Positions 30,007 through 41,864 of a stretch of DNA of 64,000 nucleotides are shown here, in pieces. The stretch is from an uncultured bacterium (GTDB taxonomy: Bacteria > Pseudomonadota > Gammaproteobacteria > Steroidobacterales > Woeseiaceae), in the NCBI GenBank assembly GCA_963976365.1, contig CAXBKH010000005.1, positions 1,730 through 65,729 on the forward strand, given 5' to 3'. A program made the translations under genes and the position numbers. The notes under the pieces were generated by a model. The model did no database searches. It saw only the letters and a program-made list of their open reading frames with translations, and had not been told where the DNA came from. The number at the start of each line of letters is the position of its first letter. Within the stretch, counting starts at the first letter, position 1.

Positions 30007-30605
30007 TGTCGCTTCTCCGCGTCCATCTTGACCACACGAATACGGTCCTTCGCTCGCACCGAAACCTGCTTGGAAATATCCTGTGTTTTAATTCCAGGCC
30101 GCTTGCGCATTGTCAGCGTAATTGCGGCAACAATGGCGAGCAGAAGAATCACGGCCGCGATTTCGAATGCGTACGCGTGTTCGGTATAAAGCACCGCGCC
30201 GAGCGCCTTGGTATTGCTGTAGCCCTCCGGCGTTGCTGCAAATCCGCTGGTTCCGGTCACACCCTGGCTGCGCAACCAGATCAGTTGAATCAGCTGGATT
30301 GCCATCAGCAACGCGATGCCGATGCCGAGCGGCGCAAAGCGCGTCAAACCACGCTTCGCAGCTTCTATATTCACTTCAAGCATCATGACGACGAACAGGA
30401 ACAAAACCATCACCGCACCGACATAGACCAGCACCAGGACGATGGCAAGAAACTCTGCTTCGGCCATCAACCACAGGACCGCGCTCTGGAAAAACGTCAG
30501 CACCAGGAACATGACCGAATGCACCGGGTTGCGCGAAAACACCACGCCGGCCGCTGCGCCAAGCATGACGATTGCGAAGGTATAAAAGAGAATGGACTGG
30601 AACAT
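30003..30605 (-). CDS. nuoJ: NADH-quinone oxidoreductase subunit J
   Basis: 200-aa membrane subunit in operon position. Confidence 0.93.
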   Translation of the reverse strand: MFQSILFYTFAIVMLGAAAGVVFSRNPVHSVMFLVLTFFQSAVLWLMAEAEFLAIVLVLVYVGAVMVLFLFVVMMLEVNIEAAKRGLTRFAPLGIGIALLMAIQLIQLIWLRSQGVTGTSGFAATPEGYSNTKALGAVLYTEHAYAFEIAAVILLLAIVAAITLTMRKRPGIKTQDISKQVSVRAKDRIRVVKMDAEKRQ

Positions 30606-30616
30606 GTTTCTCCTGC

Positions 30617-31105
30617 CTACCGGTATTTCGCGTCGGCGGCTTTATCAGCCGAAATCATGGCGTCGTACTTATCGCCAACTGCGAGCAACTTGTCCTTGGT
30701 CATGATGTTCTCGCCCGGCTTTTCCATATGGTATTCATGAATCCGCGTTTCGACGATGGCATCGACCGGGCAAGCCTCCTCACAAAACCCGCAATATATG
30801 CACTTGAACAAATCAATATCGTAGCGAGACGTACGGCGCGTGCCGTCATCACTCACTTCGGACTCGATGGTGATCGCAAGCGCGGGACAGACCGCCTCAC
30901 ACAATTTGCAGGCAATGCAGCGCTCTTCCCCGTTCGGATAGCGACGTAAGGCATGCAAGCCACGAAAGCGATGCGACTGTGGCGTCTTCTCTTCGGGATA
31001 TTCGAGTGTCACGCCTTTCCGGAAAAACTGACGCAGGGTCACTGAAAGACCGCGCAACAACTCCCAAAGCGCAAACGTTTTGATGTAGCTCGTAAATTGA
31101 CTCAT
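30617..31105 (-). CDS. nuoI: NADH-quinone oxidoreductase subunit I
   Basis: 162 aa with two 4Fe-4S ferredoxin motifs, [12 protein letters not shown] and [12 protein letters not shown]. Confidence 0.96.
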   Translation of the reverse strand: MSQFTSYIKTFALWELLRGLSVTLRQFFRKGVTLEYPEEKTPQSHRFRGLHALRRYPNGEERCIACKLCEAVCPALAITIESEVSDDGTRRTSRYDIDLFKCIYCGFCEEACPVDAIVETRIHEYHMEKPGENIMTKDKLLAVGDKYDAMISADKAADAKYR

Positions 31106-31109
31106 CGTT

Positions 31110-32213
31110 CTATGCGCCCAAACCTGACCACGGACCGACCTGGAACCAGGCCATTGCCCCTTCCACTGCGATCCAGATGATCGTTACAGGAATAAATACC
31201 TTCCAGCCCAGTCGCATGATCTGGTCATAGCGATAGCGCGGAAATGTCGCGCGGAACCAGAAAAAGGTATACATGAAAATACACATCTTGATGAACAACC
31301 AGTGCAAGCCACCGGCGGCAATCCAGGAAAGCCATGCAAAGTCATTCAGAAAGGTCCAGCCCTCGAACGGCGATGCCCAGCCTCCGAGAAAGAAAATTGC
31401 TGTCAGCGTCGAGATGAGCACCATGTTTGCGTATTCCGCCAGGAAAAACAGTGCAAACGCGACTCCGGAGTATTCAACATGGAAACCGGCGACGATTTCT
31501 GACTCACCTTCAGCAACGTCAAACGGAGCACGGTTGGTTTCCGCAACGCCGGAAATCCAGTAGACAACGAACAATGGCAGCAAGGGAATCAGGAACCACT
31601 GGCTAAAGCCACCTGCCTGGGCACGGACAATTTCACCCAGATTGAGACTGCCGCCGGCCATCAATACGCCAACGAGGGCGAAGCCCATTGCGATTTCGTA
31701 GGCCACAATCTGGGCTGCCGAGCGCATGGCGCCAAGCAGCGCATATTTCGAATTCGTTGCCCAGCCCGCGAGTATCACGCCGTAAACGCCGACCGAGGTC
31801 AGCGCGAGTACGTACAGTAAACCGGCATTGATATCGGCAATCACGTACCAGTCATTCAGTGGAATAACCGCCCATGTCGCCAGTGCCGGAATCAGTGACA
31901 ATAGCGGTGCGATTACGAACAGAAACTTGCTTGATTGCGACGGGACCAGGACTTCTTTGATAAGAAGCTTGATAACGTCGGCAAACGGCTGGCCGAGGCC
32001 CAGTGGCCCGACGCGATTCGGTCCGACGCGCGCCTGCATTCGTCCGATCACCTTGCGTTCGAAGTAGGTCGAAAATGCGACGATCAGAATGACAGCAATC
32101 GTGACCAACAGGATCTTGAATACGGTGGTCGCGAGGTACTGCACCAGCGGCGGCAGCGTATTCCAGATATCCAGGGCAAAGCCGGGAACCAGGCTGGCAA
32201 ATATTTCGGGCAT
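31110..32213 (-). CDS. nuoH: NADH-quinone oxidoreductase subunit H
   Basis: 367-aa polytopic ORF. Motifs: [28 protein letters not shown]. Confidence 0.96.
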   Translation of the reverse strand: MPEIFASLVPGFALDIWNTLPPLVQYLATTVFKILLVTIAVILIVAFSTYFERKVIGRMQARVGPNRVGPLGLGQPFADVIKLLIKEVLVPSQSSKFLFVIAPLLSLIPALATWAVIPLNDWYVIADINAGLLYVLALTSVGVYGVILAGWATNSKYALLGAMRSAAQIVAYEIAMGFALVGVLMAGGSLNLGEIVRAQAGGFSQWFLIPLLPLFVVYWISGVAETNRAPFDVAEGESEIVAGFHVEYSGVAFALFFLAEYANMVLISTLTAIFFLGGWASPFEGWTFLNDFAWLSWIAAGGLHWLFIKMCIFMYTFFWFRATFPRYRYDQIMRLGWKVFIPVTIIWIAVEGAMAWFQVGPWSGLGA

Positions 32214-34378
32214 TATTCCTCGCCCTCTTTCGCCGCCCGCCTGGCCGCAAGCGTTTGCTGCAATGCATGTGCGCGTCTGACCATCGGATCGACCGAATAA
32301 ATTGGCGTGTCGATTTCACGGTTCGCAGCATCGGCACCGTTCGGCTGCGCAATTTTCGCACCGGCTTCATACGTTCCTGCAACGACATCGCCCAGCGACT
32401 TCCTGAATTCCACGAGGACATCTTCACTGGTTACATAGTCGAAACCGTCAGCGTTTGTCAGGTTACCGAGCACACGAAGAACCTTCCAGCAGGGACGAGC
32501 CTCGCCCACCGGCTTTGCAACACCTGAAAAACTTTGCCAGGTTCCGGCAACGTTGACGAAGGTGCCGGAGGTTTCTGCGAAAGTTCCCACGGGCAACAGC
32601 AAGTCGGCGACTTCGAGCAAGTCTTCGGAAACAAATGGCGTCAATGCGATGACGAACTGTTGCTTCGAGAGTTTTTCTACAACATCCGTCGTTGCCAGAA
32701 TGTCGGCTTCCGGTTCCACGTTGACGAGAACGACGGCGTGCAGTTCGCGGCCGAGCATTTCGGCGACACCCGATCCCCGGGACGCGCGCTTATGGCCACC
32801 GGCCGTACGGTGCGGCAGCACACCCGCCAGACTTGCCCCGGCCGAATTGGGCCCTTCGGTGATGCTGCCAAGTTTGGCGCCGGTCAAACTGGCAACCGCC
32901 GCCGCCAATGCCCTGACAGCCGAGAACGCCGCATGTCGCCGCGCAATATTGCCAAGCATGATCAACGCATTGTCAGCATCCCTCAGGGACGATGCGATGC
33001 GCTTGTCGGCATCCGTTGCACCGACTCCGGCGCAGATATCCTCAACCGCGGCCGGAGGCTTGCCACCCGACGCGGCCATAACGATGCCTGACAACAGCCG
33101 GACCAGGCCCTCGCCCGATCGATAGTCGGCGACATCGAAAAAGTACGGATACTTTCGCGAATTGGCGAAACTGACTTTCGCACCTGCAACGGCAGCTTTT
33201 CGCAGTCGATGCGCAATGATCGGTGCTTCAGTTCGAATATTGGAACCGACGACGAGGACTGCACCCTGATTTTCAATGTCTGCAATGTCGCATCCCAAGC
33301 TGTCGTAAACCGGGTCTGCGTCCTGATCAGTAATGTCACGCCGCGAAATTCGATGATCAATATTTGAAGTCCCAAGATGCTCGGCCAATCTCGCCAGCAG
33401 ATAAGACTCCTCAACCGTTGCACCGGGTGATGCGATAATGCCGGTTTTTTCGCCGCCCGCTGAGTTAAGAACCTCGGCGGCCATCGACAGGGCATCTGCC
33501 CACTCTATGTCCTGCCATTTACCGTTAATCTTGTGGCGTGGCGATTGCAGGCGCTCGGGGCTGTAAATAGCTTCATAGCTGTACCGGTCACGATCGGCAA
33601 TCCAGGTCTCATTGATTGCTTCATTGTCGCGCGGCACGATGCGTTTTACCGTACCCCGAAGGACGTGTGCGTAGAGATTCGAGCCCACACAGTCATGCGG
33701 CGAAATCGTCGGGTGCTGCTCCATTTCCCAGGCCCGCGCGCTGTAGCGGTACGGCTTGTTATTCAGCGCCCCTACAGGGCACAGGTCGATAATATTGGCC
33801 GACAATTCATGGTCGACGTTTTGCTCGACGTAGGTCGAAATCTTGACGTTTTCGCCACGATCAATCGTGCCGAGTTGCGGATTGCCCTGGATTTCCTCGC
33901 CGAATCGGACACATCGTGTGCAATGAATGCAGCGTGTCATGTCCGTTGATATCAGCGGACCGACATCTTTGTCTTTGACGACACGCTTGCGATCGTTGTA
34001 TCGGGAGATGTCCCGCCCGTAACCCATCGCAAGGTCCTGCAATTCGCACTCGCCGCCCTGATCGCAAATCGGGCAATCCAGCGGATGGTTAATTAACAGG
34101 AATTCCATCGTCGCTTTCTGTGCCGAAATTGCTCGCGGCGACTTGGTGAAAATCTTCATGCCTTCCGTGATCGGTTGTGCACAGGCAGGAATGGGTTTTG
34201 GCGCGCCTTCAATATCGACCAGGCACATACGACAGTTTGCCGCGATGCTGAGTTTCTCGTGATAGCAAAAGCGTGGCACATAGGCACCAATGGTATCGGT
34301 AACCTCAATCACCATTTGGCCGCGGCGCCCTTCGACAGCCTTGCCGTCGACTTCGATGTTTACGATATCGTCGCTCAT
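32213..34378 (-). CDS. nuoG: NADH-quinone oxidoreductase subunit G
   Basis: 721 aa. The N-terminal 2Fe-2S/4Fe-4S cysteine clusters are [15 protein letters not shown] and [18 protein letters not shown], followed by a molybdopterin-like domain. Confidence 0.95.
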   Translation of the reverse strand: MSDDIVNIEVDGKAVEGRRGQMVIEVTDTIGAYVPRFCYHEKLSIAANCRMCLVDIEGAPKPIPACAQPITEGMKIFTKSPRAISAQKATMEFLLINHPLDCPICDQGGECELQDLAMGYGRDISRYNDRKRVVKDKDVGPLISTDMTRCIHCTRCVRFGEEIQGNPQLGTIDRGENVKISTYVEQNVDHELSANIIDLCPVGALNNKPYRYSARAWEMEQHPTISPHDCVGSNLYAHVLRGTVKRIVPRDNEAINETWIADRDRYSYEAIYSPERLQSPRHKINGKWQDIEWADALSMAAEVLNSAGGEKTGIIASPGATVEESYLLARLAEHLGTSNIDHRISRRDITDQDADPVYDSLGCDIADIENQGAVLVVGSNIRTEAPIIAHRLRKAAVAGAKVSFANSRKYPYFFDVADYRSGEGLVRLLSGIVMAASGGKPPAAVEDICAGVGATDADKRIASSLRDADNALIMLGNIARRHAAFSAVRALAAAVASLTGAKLGSITEGPNSAGASLAGVLPHRTAGGHKRASRGSGVAEMLGRELHAVVLVNVEPEADILATTDVVEKLSKQQFVIALTPFVSEDLLEVADLLLPVGTFAETSGTFVNVAGTWQSFSGVAKPVGEARPCWKVLRVLGNLTNADGFDYVTSEDVLVEFRKSLGDVVAGTYEAGAKIAQPNGADAANREIDTPIYSVDPMVRRAHALQQTLAARRAAKEGEE

Positions 34379-34383
34379 GATAC

Positions 34384-35691
34384 TTACGCAGCAACCTCGT
34401 TGGGATCGTCGACGATGCTGCGTCCGTTATTACGCACCATATATTCGAATTCGTGAATGAAATGTTTCAGGAAACTCTGCACTGGCCACGCCGCAGCATC
34501 GCCCAATGCACAAATCGTGTGGCCCTCGATCTTGTTCGCGACATCAACCAGTTTGACGAGATCGGCCTCCTCCCCCCTGCCTTCGGTAATACGCGTCAGC
34601 ATGCGATACAACCAGCCCGTACCCTCGCGGCATGGCGTGCATTGTCCACAGGACTCGGCCATGTAAAAGCGCGAAATCCGCCGCAACACTTTCACCATGC
34701 AGGTGGTCTCGTCCATCACCATGACAGCGCCGGTGCCGAAAGACGATCCGGCTTTTTGCAGCGACGTATAGTCCATCGTGCAATCCATAATAATGTCCGC
34801 CGGCAACACCTTGCACGACGAGCCGCCGGGTATGACGGCTTTCAGTTTTCGTCCACCAAGCACGCCACCGCAGATGTCGTTGAGCAGGTCCTTGAACGGA
34901 ATACCCATCGGCAGTTCGTAGTTGCCCGGCTTCTCGACATGTCCAGACACCGAGAACAACGCCGTCCCACCCGAGCCTTCCGGCCCGAGGGCTGCGAACC
35001 ATGCCGCGCCATTTCGAATAATCGCCGGCACACTGGCCAGGCTTTGCGTGTTGTTGATTGTCGTAGGCTTACCGTACAAGCCAAAATTCGCGGGAAAAGG
35101 TGGCTTGAAGCGTGGTCGACCTTGCTTGCCTTCGAGCGATTCAAGCAATGCAGTTTCCTCGCCGCAGATGTAGGCGCCCGCACCGACAAACGTATGAAGG
35201 TCAAAATCGATGCCCGAGCCCTCGATGTTCTTGCCCAGCAAGCCTGCCTCGTAAGCCTCCTTGACTGCGGCCTCGAAGCGCGGCACCGGCTCGTCGAGAA
35301 ACTCGCCGCGTATGTAGTTGTAGGCCACCGTCGCACCCATCGCGTATGCCGCGATGGCCATGCCCTCAACCAGCGCATGCGGGTTGTAGCGCAATACTTC
35401 GCGATCGTGACAAGTACCGGGTTCACTCTCATCTGAATTGCAGACCAGGTACTTCTGGATATTCGGATCCTTCGGCATGAAGCTCCACTTCAGGCCCGTC
35501 GGGAAACCTGCGCCACCACGGCCACGCAGCCCGGACGCCTTGACGATGTCGATAATCTCTTCCGGCTTAAGCTTGCCCTTCAGGATCTTGCGCCATGCCT
35601 GGTAGCCGTCGTGCTTTTCATAGGTCGCCATAGACCACGACTCATCCGAGCCGAAGGTGTTAAAGCAGACGAGGTTCTGTTCGTAAGCCAT
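34384..35691 (-). CDS. nuoF: NADH-quinone oxidoreductase subunit F
   Basis: 435 aa. The FMN/NADH site is [16 protein letters not shown] and the 4Fe-4S motif is [12 protein letters not shown]. Confidence 0.96.
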   Translation of the reverse strand: MAYEQNLVCFNTFGSDESWSMATYEKHDGYQAWRKILKGKLKPEEIIDIVKASGLRGRGGAGFPTGLKWSFMPKDPNIQKYLVCNSDESEPGTCHDREVLRYNPHALVEGMAIAAYAMGATVAYNYIRGEFLDEPVPRFEAAVKEAYEAGLLGKNIEGSGIDFDLHTFVGAGAYICGEETALLESLEGKQGRPRFKPPFPANFGLYGKPTTINNTQSLASVPAIIRNGAAWFAALGPEGSGGTALFSVSGHVEKPGNYELPMGIPFKDLLNDICGGVLGGRKLKAVIPGGSSCKVLPADIIMDCTMDYTSLQKAGSSFGTGAVMVMDETTCMVKVLRRISRFYMAESCGQCTPCREGTGWLYRMLTRITEGRGEEADLVKLVDVANKIEGHTICALGDAAAWPVQSFLKHFIHEFEYMVRNNGRSIVDDPNEVAA

Positions 35692-36176
35692 CAGTCGAGA
35701 CCATCCAGAATTTCATCGACCTGGGCCTTGGTCAGATTTTCGTGATATTTGTGATTCACCATCATGGCCGGTGCCCCGCAACATGCCGCGATGCACTCTT
35801 CCTCTTTCTTCAGGAAAATACGACCGTCGGCAGTGCTCTCGCCCAGCTTCACGCCCAGCTTGTTCTCCACGTGCTCAACAATGTCATCGGCGCCGCGCAA
35901 CATGCAGGAAACATTGGTGCAGATTGCAACTTCGTTGCGGCCGACCTCGCGCGTCTGGAACATCGAATAAAACGTTGCAACCTCGTAGACCTGAATAGTC
36001 GGAAGGCTCAGGTACTCCGCGACTGCATTCATCTGCTCCGCAGTGACATACCCCTTGTTCTCGTGCTGCACCGCGTGCAATGCGGCGATCACGGCAGAAC
36101 GTTGCCGATCCTCCGGGAATCGAGATTTCCAGTGGTCGATTTCCTCGCGCACATGAGTCGACAATTCGTAAGTCAT
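35691..36176 (-). CDS. nuoE: NADH-quinone oxidoreductase subunit E
   Basis: 161 aa, thioredoxin-like 2Fe-2S subunit ([10 protein letters not shown] ... [12 protein letters not shown]). Confidence 0.95.
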   Translation of the reverse strand: MTYELSTHVREEIDHWKSRFPEDRQRSAVIAALHAVQHENKGYVTAEQMNAVAEYLSLPTIQVYEVATFYSMFQTREVGRNEVAICTNVSCMLRGADDIVEHVENKLGVKLGESTADGRIFLKKEEECIAACCGAPAMMVNHKYHENLTKAQVDEILDGLD

Positions 36177-37426
36177 CGGTCGATTTCTCCGAAAACGATG
36201 TCCTGTGTACCGATAACGGCTACGACATCGGCCAGCATGTGCCCTTCAACCATCTCCGACATTGCCGAAAGGTGCGCGAAACCGGGCGCACGAATTTTTA
36301 CGCGGTACGGCTTGTTGGCCCCGTCAGAAATCAGATACACGCCAAACTCGCCTTTTGGATGTTCAATGGCGGCGTAGGCCTCACCTTCCGGCACACAGTA
36401 GCCTTCAGTAAATAATTTGAAATGATGAATAAGCGATTCCATGTCGTCTTTCATTTCGACACGGCTCGGCGGCACAATCTTGTGGTCTTCGGCTATGACC
36501 GGACCTGGATTCTGACGCAGCCAGTCAACGCATTGTTTAATGATTCGATTCGACTGCCGCATCTCCTCAACACGGACCAGGTAGCGGTCATAGCAGTCGC
36601 CATTGACACCGACCGGAATGTCGAAATCCATTTGGTCGTACGCGGCATACGGCTGTTTCTTTCGCAGGTCCCATTCAACACCCGAGCCGCGCAACATCGG
36701 GCCAGTGAAGCCGAGCTGCATCGCACGTTCCGGCGAGATAACTGCGATATTGACCGTGCGCTGCTTCCAGATTCGATTGTCCGTCAGCAGTGTTTCGTAG
36801 TCGTCGACGCAAGCCGGGAATCGTTTGGTGAAATCCTCGATAAAGTCGAGCATTGACCCTTCACGAACGGCATTCATTCGATCCAGTTCTTTCTTGCTGC
36901 GGTACCTGGACTCCGCGTACTTCGGCATGCTTTCAGGCAGGTCGCGATAGACGCCGCCTGGCCGATAATACGTGGCATGCATGCGTGTTCCGGACACCGC
37001 CTCATAGCAATCCATCAGGTCTTCGCGCTCGCGAAAGCAGTACAGGAACATGGTCATCGCGCCGATATCGAGTCCATGCGCACCCAGCCACATCAAGTGG
37101 TTGAGAATGCGTGTCATCTCATCGAACATGACGCGAATGTATTGCGCCCGGGTTGGCACTTCGATACCGAGCAGCTTCTCGATTGCCAGTACATAGCCGT
37201 GCTCGTTGCACATCATCGAAACATAGTCGAGGCGATCCATGTAACCGATGCTTTGATTAAACGGCTTGGTCTCCGCTAGCTTTTCCGTGCCACGGTGCAG
37301 CAATCCAACATGCGGATCGGCCTTTTGAATGGTCTCGCCTTCAATCTCGAGAACCAGCCGCAATACGCCGTGCGCCGCCGGATGTTGCGGCCCGAAGTTC
37401 ATTGTATAGCTTTGAATTTCAGCCAT
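36173..37426 (-). CDS. nuoD: NADH-quinone oxidoreductase subunit D
   Basis: 417 aa. Motifs: [15 protein letters not shown] ... HRGTEKL ... IVFGEIDR C-terminus. Confidence 0.96.
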   Translation of the reverse strand: MAEIQSYTMNFGPQHPAAHGVLRLVLEIEGETIQKADPHVGLLHRGTEKLAETKPFNQSIGYMDRLDYVSMMCNEHGYVLAIEKLLGIEVPTRAQYIRVMFDEMTRILNHLMWLGAHGLDIGAMTMFLYCFREREDLMDCYEAVSGTRMHATYYRPGGVYRDLPESMPKYAESRYRSKKELDRMNAVREGSMLDFIEDFTKRFPACVDDYETLLTDNRIWKQRTVNIAVISPERAMQLGFTGPMLRGSGVEWDLRKKQPYAAYDQMDFDIPVGVNGDCYDRYLVRVEEMRQSNRIIKQCVDWLRQNPGPVIAEDHKIVPPSRVEMKDDMESLIHHFKLFTEGYCVPEGEAYAAIEHPKGEFGVYLISDGANKPYRVKIRAPGFAHLSAMSEMVEGHMLADVVAVIGTQDIVFGEIDR

Positions 37427-38126
37427 CTTTGCGCGCGTCCTTTAGATCGGCTGAATAGCGATTGTCTTCGCGAATTACCCGTGGCACCAACGTGCGCGGC
37501 TCGATCGTCACCGGCTTGTAAACCACGCGTCCCTCATCGCTGTCGTAGCTGACTTCAACATTGCCCATAATCGGAAAATCCTTGCGGAACGGGTGCCCGA
37601 TAAAACCGTAGTCCGTCAGGATTCGTCGCAGATCCGGGTGACCGTCGAACAGGATGCCGTACAGGTCGAATGCCTCGCGCTCGAACCAGTTCGCACTATT
37701 CCAGATGTCGACGACCGAACGAACAATCGGCGGATTACTGGTGCCCGTAAATACACGCAACCGCAAACGCACATTGTTCTGAATCGATAGCAGGTGGTAA
37801 ACGACTGCAAAACGCCTTTCGTCGAACTCGTCAGCTTCGTCGAGAATAACGGGCTTGCGCTCAACGCCACGGCTGAAACCCGTTCCGGTCGCGCTGTTCG
37901 TAATCCATTCGTCGCTGCCATAGTTGAGATAGTCGACGCCGCAGACGTCAATCAACATCTCGAATCCAAAGTCCGCTTCATTGCGTAATGCCGTCGCGAC
38001 CTTGGTCAGATCATCCTTGTCCACCTCGTAGGTAAGCTCGCCGCAGGAGGATGCGACACGTTCGACCTGTTCGCCGAAGCGCGCTTCAATTCGAGCCGCC
38101 AGAGTCTCGCTAGGATTCATCATCAT
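37419..38126 (-). CDS. nuoC: NADH-quinone oxidoreductase subunit C
   Basis: 235 aa. It is a separate C subunit, not fused to D. Motif: [26 protein letters not shown]. Confidence 0.95.
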   Translation of the reverse strand: MMMNPSETLAARIEARFGEQVERVASSCGELTYEVDKDDLTKVATALRNEADFGFEMLIDVCGVDYLNYGSDEWITNSATGTGFSRGVERKPVILDEADEFDERRFAVVYHLLSIQNNVRLRLRVFTGTSNPPIVRSVVDIWNSANWFEREAFDLYGILFDGHPDLRRILTDYGFIGHPFRKDFPIMGNVEVSYDSDEGRVVYKPVTIEPRTLVPRVIREDNRYSADLKDARKDG

Positions 38127-38132
38127 TTGTTC

Positions 38133-38660
38133 TTATCGGGCAATTGTGCTTGTTCGGCGAATTTTGTTTTGCAGTTGCATCAAGCCATAGATCAGGGCTT
38201 CTGCCGTTGGTGGACAGCCCGGCACGTAAACGTCCACTGGTACGATCCGATCGCATCCACGGACAACCGCGTAGGAGTAGTGATAATAGCCGCCACCGTT
38301 CGCGCAGGATCCCATCGAAACCACCCACCGCGGTTCCGGCATCTGGTCGTAGACCTTGCGCAGTGCGGGTGCCATCTTGTTCGTCAGGGTTCCCGCGACA
38401 ATCATGCAGTCCGATTGCCGCGGACTCGGCCGAAAAATGATGCCAAAGCGGTCAAGATCGTAGCGTGCTGCGCCTGCCTGCATCATTTCGACGGCACAAC
38501 AGGCAAGACCGAAAGTCATGGGCCAAAGGGAACCGGTCCGAGCCCAGTTCATAACGGAGTCGACACTCGTCACGACAAAGCCCTTCTTCTGCAGACTGCC
38601 ACCGGCTGCCTGGGCGTCATCAGTTGCGACTGGTGTGGCAGCTGTATCGCTCAGTCCCAT
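38133..38660 (-). CDS. nuoB: NADH-quinone oxidoreductase subunit B
   Basis: I placed the start at ATG 38660 ([11 protein letters not shown]...), 7 nt after an AAGGAG, overlapping the nuoA stop. The track start at 38771 lies deep inside nuoA. Motifs: [10 protein letters not shown] ... [10 protein letters not shown] ... VPGCPP. Confidence 0.93.
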   Translation of the reverse strand: MGLSDTAATPVATDDAQAAGGSLQKKGFVVTSVDSVMNWARTGSLWPMTFGLACCAVEMMQAGAARYDLDRFGIIFRPSPRQSDCMIVAGTLTNKMAPALRKVYDQMPEPRWVVSMGSCANGGGYYHYSYAVVRGCDRIVPVDVYVPGCPPTAEALIYGLMQLQNKIRRTSTIAR

Positions 38661-39007
38661 TCCAGTGCTCCTTTTTTCCATTCGTAAATGAAGCCGACGA
38701 CAAGGATCGCGAGGAACAATGCCATGGCGAGCAATCCAAACTTGCCAACGGTGTCGAGCGATACCGCCCACGGAAAGAGAAAAGCAATTTCCAGATCGAA
38801 AATAATGAACAGGATGGCAACAAGGTAGTAACGCACGTCGAATTTCATGCGTGAATCGTCAAACGCTTCGAAACCACACTCGTAGGGCGACAACTTTTCG
38901 TCATCCTTGCCGCCCTTGCCTATCAAAAAACCGAGTCCCAGCAGCAACATGCCAATGCCGGCGGCAATGCCCAGAAAAATCAGGATCGGAAGATATTCTT
39001 GCAACAT
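38651..39007 (-). CDS. nuoA: NADH-quinone oxidoreductase subunit A
   Basis: 118 aa with three TM helices. Motifs: [33 protein letters not shown]. Confidence 0.95.
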   Translation of the reverse strand: MLQEYLPILIFLGIAAGIGMLLLGLGFLIGKGGKDDEKLSPYECGFEAFDDSRMKFDVRYYLVAILFIIFDLEIAFLFPWAVSLDTVGKFGLLAMALFLAILVVGFIYEWKKGALEWD

Positions 39008-39107
39008 GCTGGTTTATTAAGCCCGGTTTACGTGTGAACAGATTCTTGTGCGACTCAGCGCGGCATTGTATCAGCCTAAGTGACGCTGAATACACCCCTT
39101 GTGATTC

Positions 39108-39152
39108 AAAAAAAATCGGCCAGTAGCACAACTTGTGCCAGCAGGCCGATCT
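39108..39152 (-). terminator. Rho-independent terminator downstream of tRNA-Leu
   Basis: Minus strand: GATCGGCC-(22-nt loop with inner GCACA/TGTGC pairing)-GGCCGATC followed by T8. Confidence 0.75.
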
Positions 39153-39160
39153 TTTACACT

Positions 39161-39245
39161 TGGTGCTCTGGGCGAGACTCGAACTCGCACGGCTCGCGCC
39201 ACTGCCCCCTCAAGACAGCGTGTCTACCAATTCCACCACCAGAGC
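39161..39245 (-). tRNA. tRNA-Leu (anticodon GAG)
   Basis: The reverse complement is GCUCUGGUGGUGGAAUUGGUAGACACGCUGUCUUGAGGGGGCAGUGGCGCGAGCCGUGCGAGUUCGAGUCUCGCCCAGAGCACCA (85 nt). It has a long variable arm and the anticodon loop UUGAGGG. It lies immediately downstream of secG, as in many Gammaproteobacteria. Confidence 0.92.
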
Positions 39246-39261
39246 GGTATTTAAAAGCTAA

Positions 39262-39684
39262 TTAATCACCGTTCGGGTCGTCAACCGCCGTCTCGGTATT
39301 CTCCACAGGAAGGTCAAGCGGAGGTAATTCGCTCGCATCTTCTGGCAGTTGCTCATCAACGTCAATGGTCGGTAGCTCAGATTCGGGCAACACCGACTCC
39401 TCGGCCGCCGGGGCATCCTCAACGAGGCTGCTTGGGTCGGCAGATCCCTGGCTACTGAGATACGCCAACGTCAGGCTGGTGACAAAAAATGCAGTCGCGC
39501 AAATGGCTGTTGCTCGTGAAAAAAAGCTGCCAGAGCCGCGCGCGCCGAAAACTGTTCCCGATGCTCCTGCACCGAATGCCGCACCGGCATCTGCGCCTTT
39601 ACCGCGTTGCAGCAATACCAGCACAATGATCAGCAATGCGATCAGCGTGTGACCGATAAGAACTGCCTTTTGTATAGTGTCCAT
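39262..39684 (-). CDS. secG: Preprotein translocase subunit SecG (with long acidic C-terminal tail)
   Basis: The start is at ATG 39684 (MDTIQKAVLIGHTLIALLIIVLVLLQRGKGADAGAAFGAG...), 20 nt downstream of the tpiA stop. The track start at 39744 overlaps tpiA. Confidence 0.88.
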   Translation of the reverse strand: MDTIQKAVLIGHTLIALLIIVLVLLQRGKGADAGAAFGAGASGTVFGARGSGSFFSRATAICATAFFVTSLTLAYLSSQGSADPSSLVEDAPAAEESVLPESELPTIDVDEQLPEDASELPPLDLPVENTETAVDDPNGD

Positions 39685-39703
39685 TAAGCTCTCAATTAAT
39701 CGT

Positions 39704-40462
39704 CTAATCCCGGGCAGCCGCCGCAGCGATCGCCAGGAAATCATTTGCCTTCAGTGACGCGCCGCCAATCAGCCCGCCATCAATATCCGCCATACCGAGC
39801 AATCCGGACGCATTATCACCCTTCATGCTGCCGCCATACAAAATTTGCACGCTGTCAGCCAGCTGCGCGTCGTGGCCGGCCAGTCGCTGCCTGATATGTC
39901 GATGCACAGCCTGGGCCTGTTCCGGCGTTGCAGTCTTTCCGGTACCGATTGCCCAGACCGGTTCATAGGCAATGACCGCTGAGTCAAAAGCGCCAATTCC
40001 CGCTGCATCCAGTGCCGCATCCAGTTGCTCGTCTATAACCCGCTCTGTGGTACCGGCCTCTCGTTGCTCCAGCGTTTCGCCGACACATAATATTGGGATC
40101 AATCCCGCCCCCTGTGCCGCCAAAAATTTCGCCGCCACGATTTCACTACTTTCGCCGTACATTGCTCGCCGTTCGGAATGACCGACGATGACGAACTCAC
40201 AGCCAACGTCTTTCAGCATCGACGGTGCAATTTCACCGGTGTAGGCCCCGGACTCGAACTGCGACAGGTTCTGCGCGCCAAGCGCAATATTACTGCCTTT
40301 GACCAAGCCCGCCACGGACGAAAGATACGTGAATGGCGGACAAATCAGCATGCGATAGCCCGATCCCTCCGGAGCACCTTTTACAATGCCGGACACCAGC
40401 GCTTCGTTGCCAGCCGCGCTGCCATTCATTTTCCAGTTGCCAGCTACAAGAAATTCGCGCAT
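39704..40462 (-). CDS. tpiA: Triosephosphate isomerase
   Basis: 252 aa. Motifs: VAGNWKMNG, VIVGHSERR, AYEPVWAIGTG. Confidence 0.96.
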   Translation of the reverse strand: MREFLVAGNWKMNGSAAGNEALVSGIVKGAPEGSGYRMLICPPFTYLSSVAGLVKGSNIALGAQNLSQFESGAYTGEIAPSMLKDVGCEFVIVGHSERRAMYGESSEIVAAKFLAAQGAGLIPILCVGETLEQREAGTTERVIDEQLDAALDAAGIGAFDSAVIAYEPVWAIGTGKTATPEQAQAVHRHIRQRLAGHDAQLADSVQILYGGSMKGDNASGLLGMADIDGGLIGGASLKANDFLAIAAAAARD

Positions 40463-40529
40463 ATCCTAATATTTCCGCAGGCGTAAAAGGCGCGCAAGGA
40501 TACCGGGGCTGGCTCGGCGCAGCAAGCCC

Positions 40530-41864
40530 TCAGGCCGCCGATTCAGCGACAACCGCCGCCAGTCGCTTGGCAATTGCCACCACCTGCTTCGAGTCCTCGC
40601 CTTCGACCATGACCCGAATGACCGGCTCGGTACCCGAGGCACGCAGTACTATACGCCCGGTATCCCGAAGCTCCGCCTCGGCAGCGGTCACAGCTGACTG
40701 GATGTCTTTCGACCCGGCCAGGTCCAGGCGTCTTTCGGTACGAACGTTGATCATCGTCTGCGGGAATTTTTTCATTCCGGCGGCAAGTTCCGACAGCGGT
40801 TTGCCCGAGACCTTCATAATCTCAAGTACCTGCAGCGCACATATGAGCCCGTCGCCCGTCGTCGTCTTGTCGAGGACGATCATGTGTCCGGAGGTTTCGC
40901 CGCCGATAACGCCGCCGAACTCCCGCAACGCCTCCAGTACGTAGCGGTCGCCGACACTGGCGCGGCGGAATTCTATATTCCGGGCCTTGAGCGCTTTCTC
41001 AAGGCCGAGGTTGCTCATGACGGTACCGACAACCGGGCCCGTCAACTCGCCAACGTCATGCCGCGCAAGGGCCAGGATCAACAGCAACTGGTCCCCATCG
41101 ATCAGAGCCCCGTTTTCGTCGACCATCACCAGACGATCGCCATCGCCGTCGAGTGCCACACCGACGTGCGCCCGGACTGCCGGAACGGTCAATTGCAGCA
41201 GGTCAGGCTGGGTAGAACCGCAACCGTCATTGATATTCTTGCCGTTCGGCGAACAGCCGATTGGTATCACCTCGGCACCCAGCGCCGTCAATGCGCGCGG
41301 GCCGACCTTGTAACCCGCACCGTTCGCACCGTCGAAAACCACCTTCAAACCTGAAAAATCGATTCCACGCCTGACGCTGGCAGTGCAAAAGTCCTGGTAG
41401 CGAGTCCTGGCCGTATCGATGCGCTTCGCCTTCCCCAGCGACTGCGATTCGAGGGTAATGGCCGGATTCTTGAGCTGTTCTTCGATCTTCCTCTCGATCT
41501 CATCCGTCAGCTTTGACCCTGAGCGATCAAAAAACTTGATGCCGTTGTCAAAATACGGGTTATGCGATGCGCTTATAACGACACCGAGATCTGCCTCGAA
41601 CTCCTGCGTCAATCTTGCAATACCTGGCGTAGGCAATGGACCGATCAACAGGACATCCACACCCGCGGCAACGAAACCTGCTTCCAGTGCCGACTCGAAC
41701 ATGTACCCGGACAAACGCGTGTCCTTGCCAATAACGACGGTCCCGCCTGCGGGGACCAGCACCTGAGCCGCCGCGCTGGCCAGCCTCATGGCGAAATCGG
41801 CCGTCATCGGATCATTCCCGACGGTTCCGCGCACACCATCCGTACCAAAATATTTCTTGCTCAT
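40530..41864 (-). CDS. glmM: Phosphoglucosamine mutase
   Basis: 444 aa. Motifs: YFGTDGVRG, the active-site SASHNPYFDNGIKFF, and GDGDR. Confidence 0.96.
   Translation of the reverse strand: MSKKYFGTDGVRGTVGNDPMTADFAMRLASAAAQVLVPAGGTVVIGKDTRLSGYMFESALEAGFVAAGVDVLLIGPLPTPGIARLTQEFEADLGVVISASHNPYFDNGIKFFDRSGSKLTDEIERKIEEQLKNPAITLESQSLGKAKRIDTARTRYQDFCTASVRRGIDFSGLKVVFDGANGAGYKVGPRALTALGAEVIPIGCSPNGKNINDGCGSTQPDLLQLTVPAVRAHVGVALDGDGDRLVMVDENGALIDGDQLLLILALARHDVGELTGPVVGTVMSNLGLEKALKARNIEFRRASVGDRYVLEALREFGGVIGGETSGHMIVLDKTTTGDGLICALQVLEIMKVSGKPLSELAAGMKKFPQTMINVRTERRLDLAGSKDIQSAVTAAEAELRDTGRIVLRASGTEPVIRVMVEGEDSKQVVAIAKRLAAVVAESAA

Noticed and set aside
38661-38771. N-terminal extensions proposed by the ORF track for nuoB. 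The same applies to secG 39685-39744, dnaJ 52617-52667, dnaK 54611-54670, recN 57223-57390, fur 59521-59703, yhbY 45256-45321, bamE 59555-59599, the SNF transporter 62067-62177 and chrA 5501-5524
   Set aside because: The extensions overlap upstream genes or encode non-conserved residues ahead of canonical N-termini ([42 protein letters not shown] and so on). The internal ATGs give the conserved starts.
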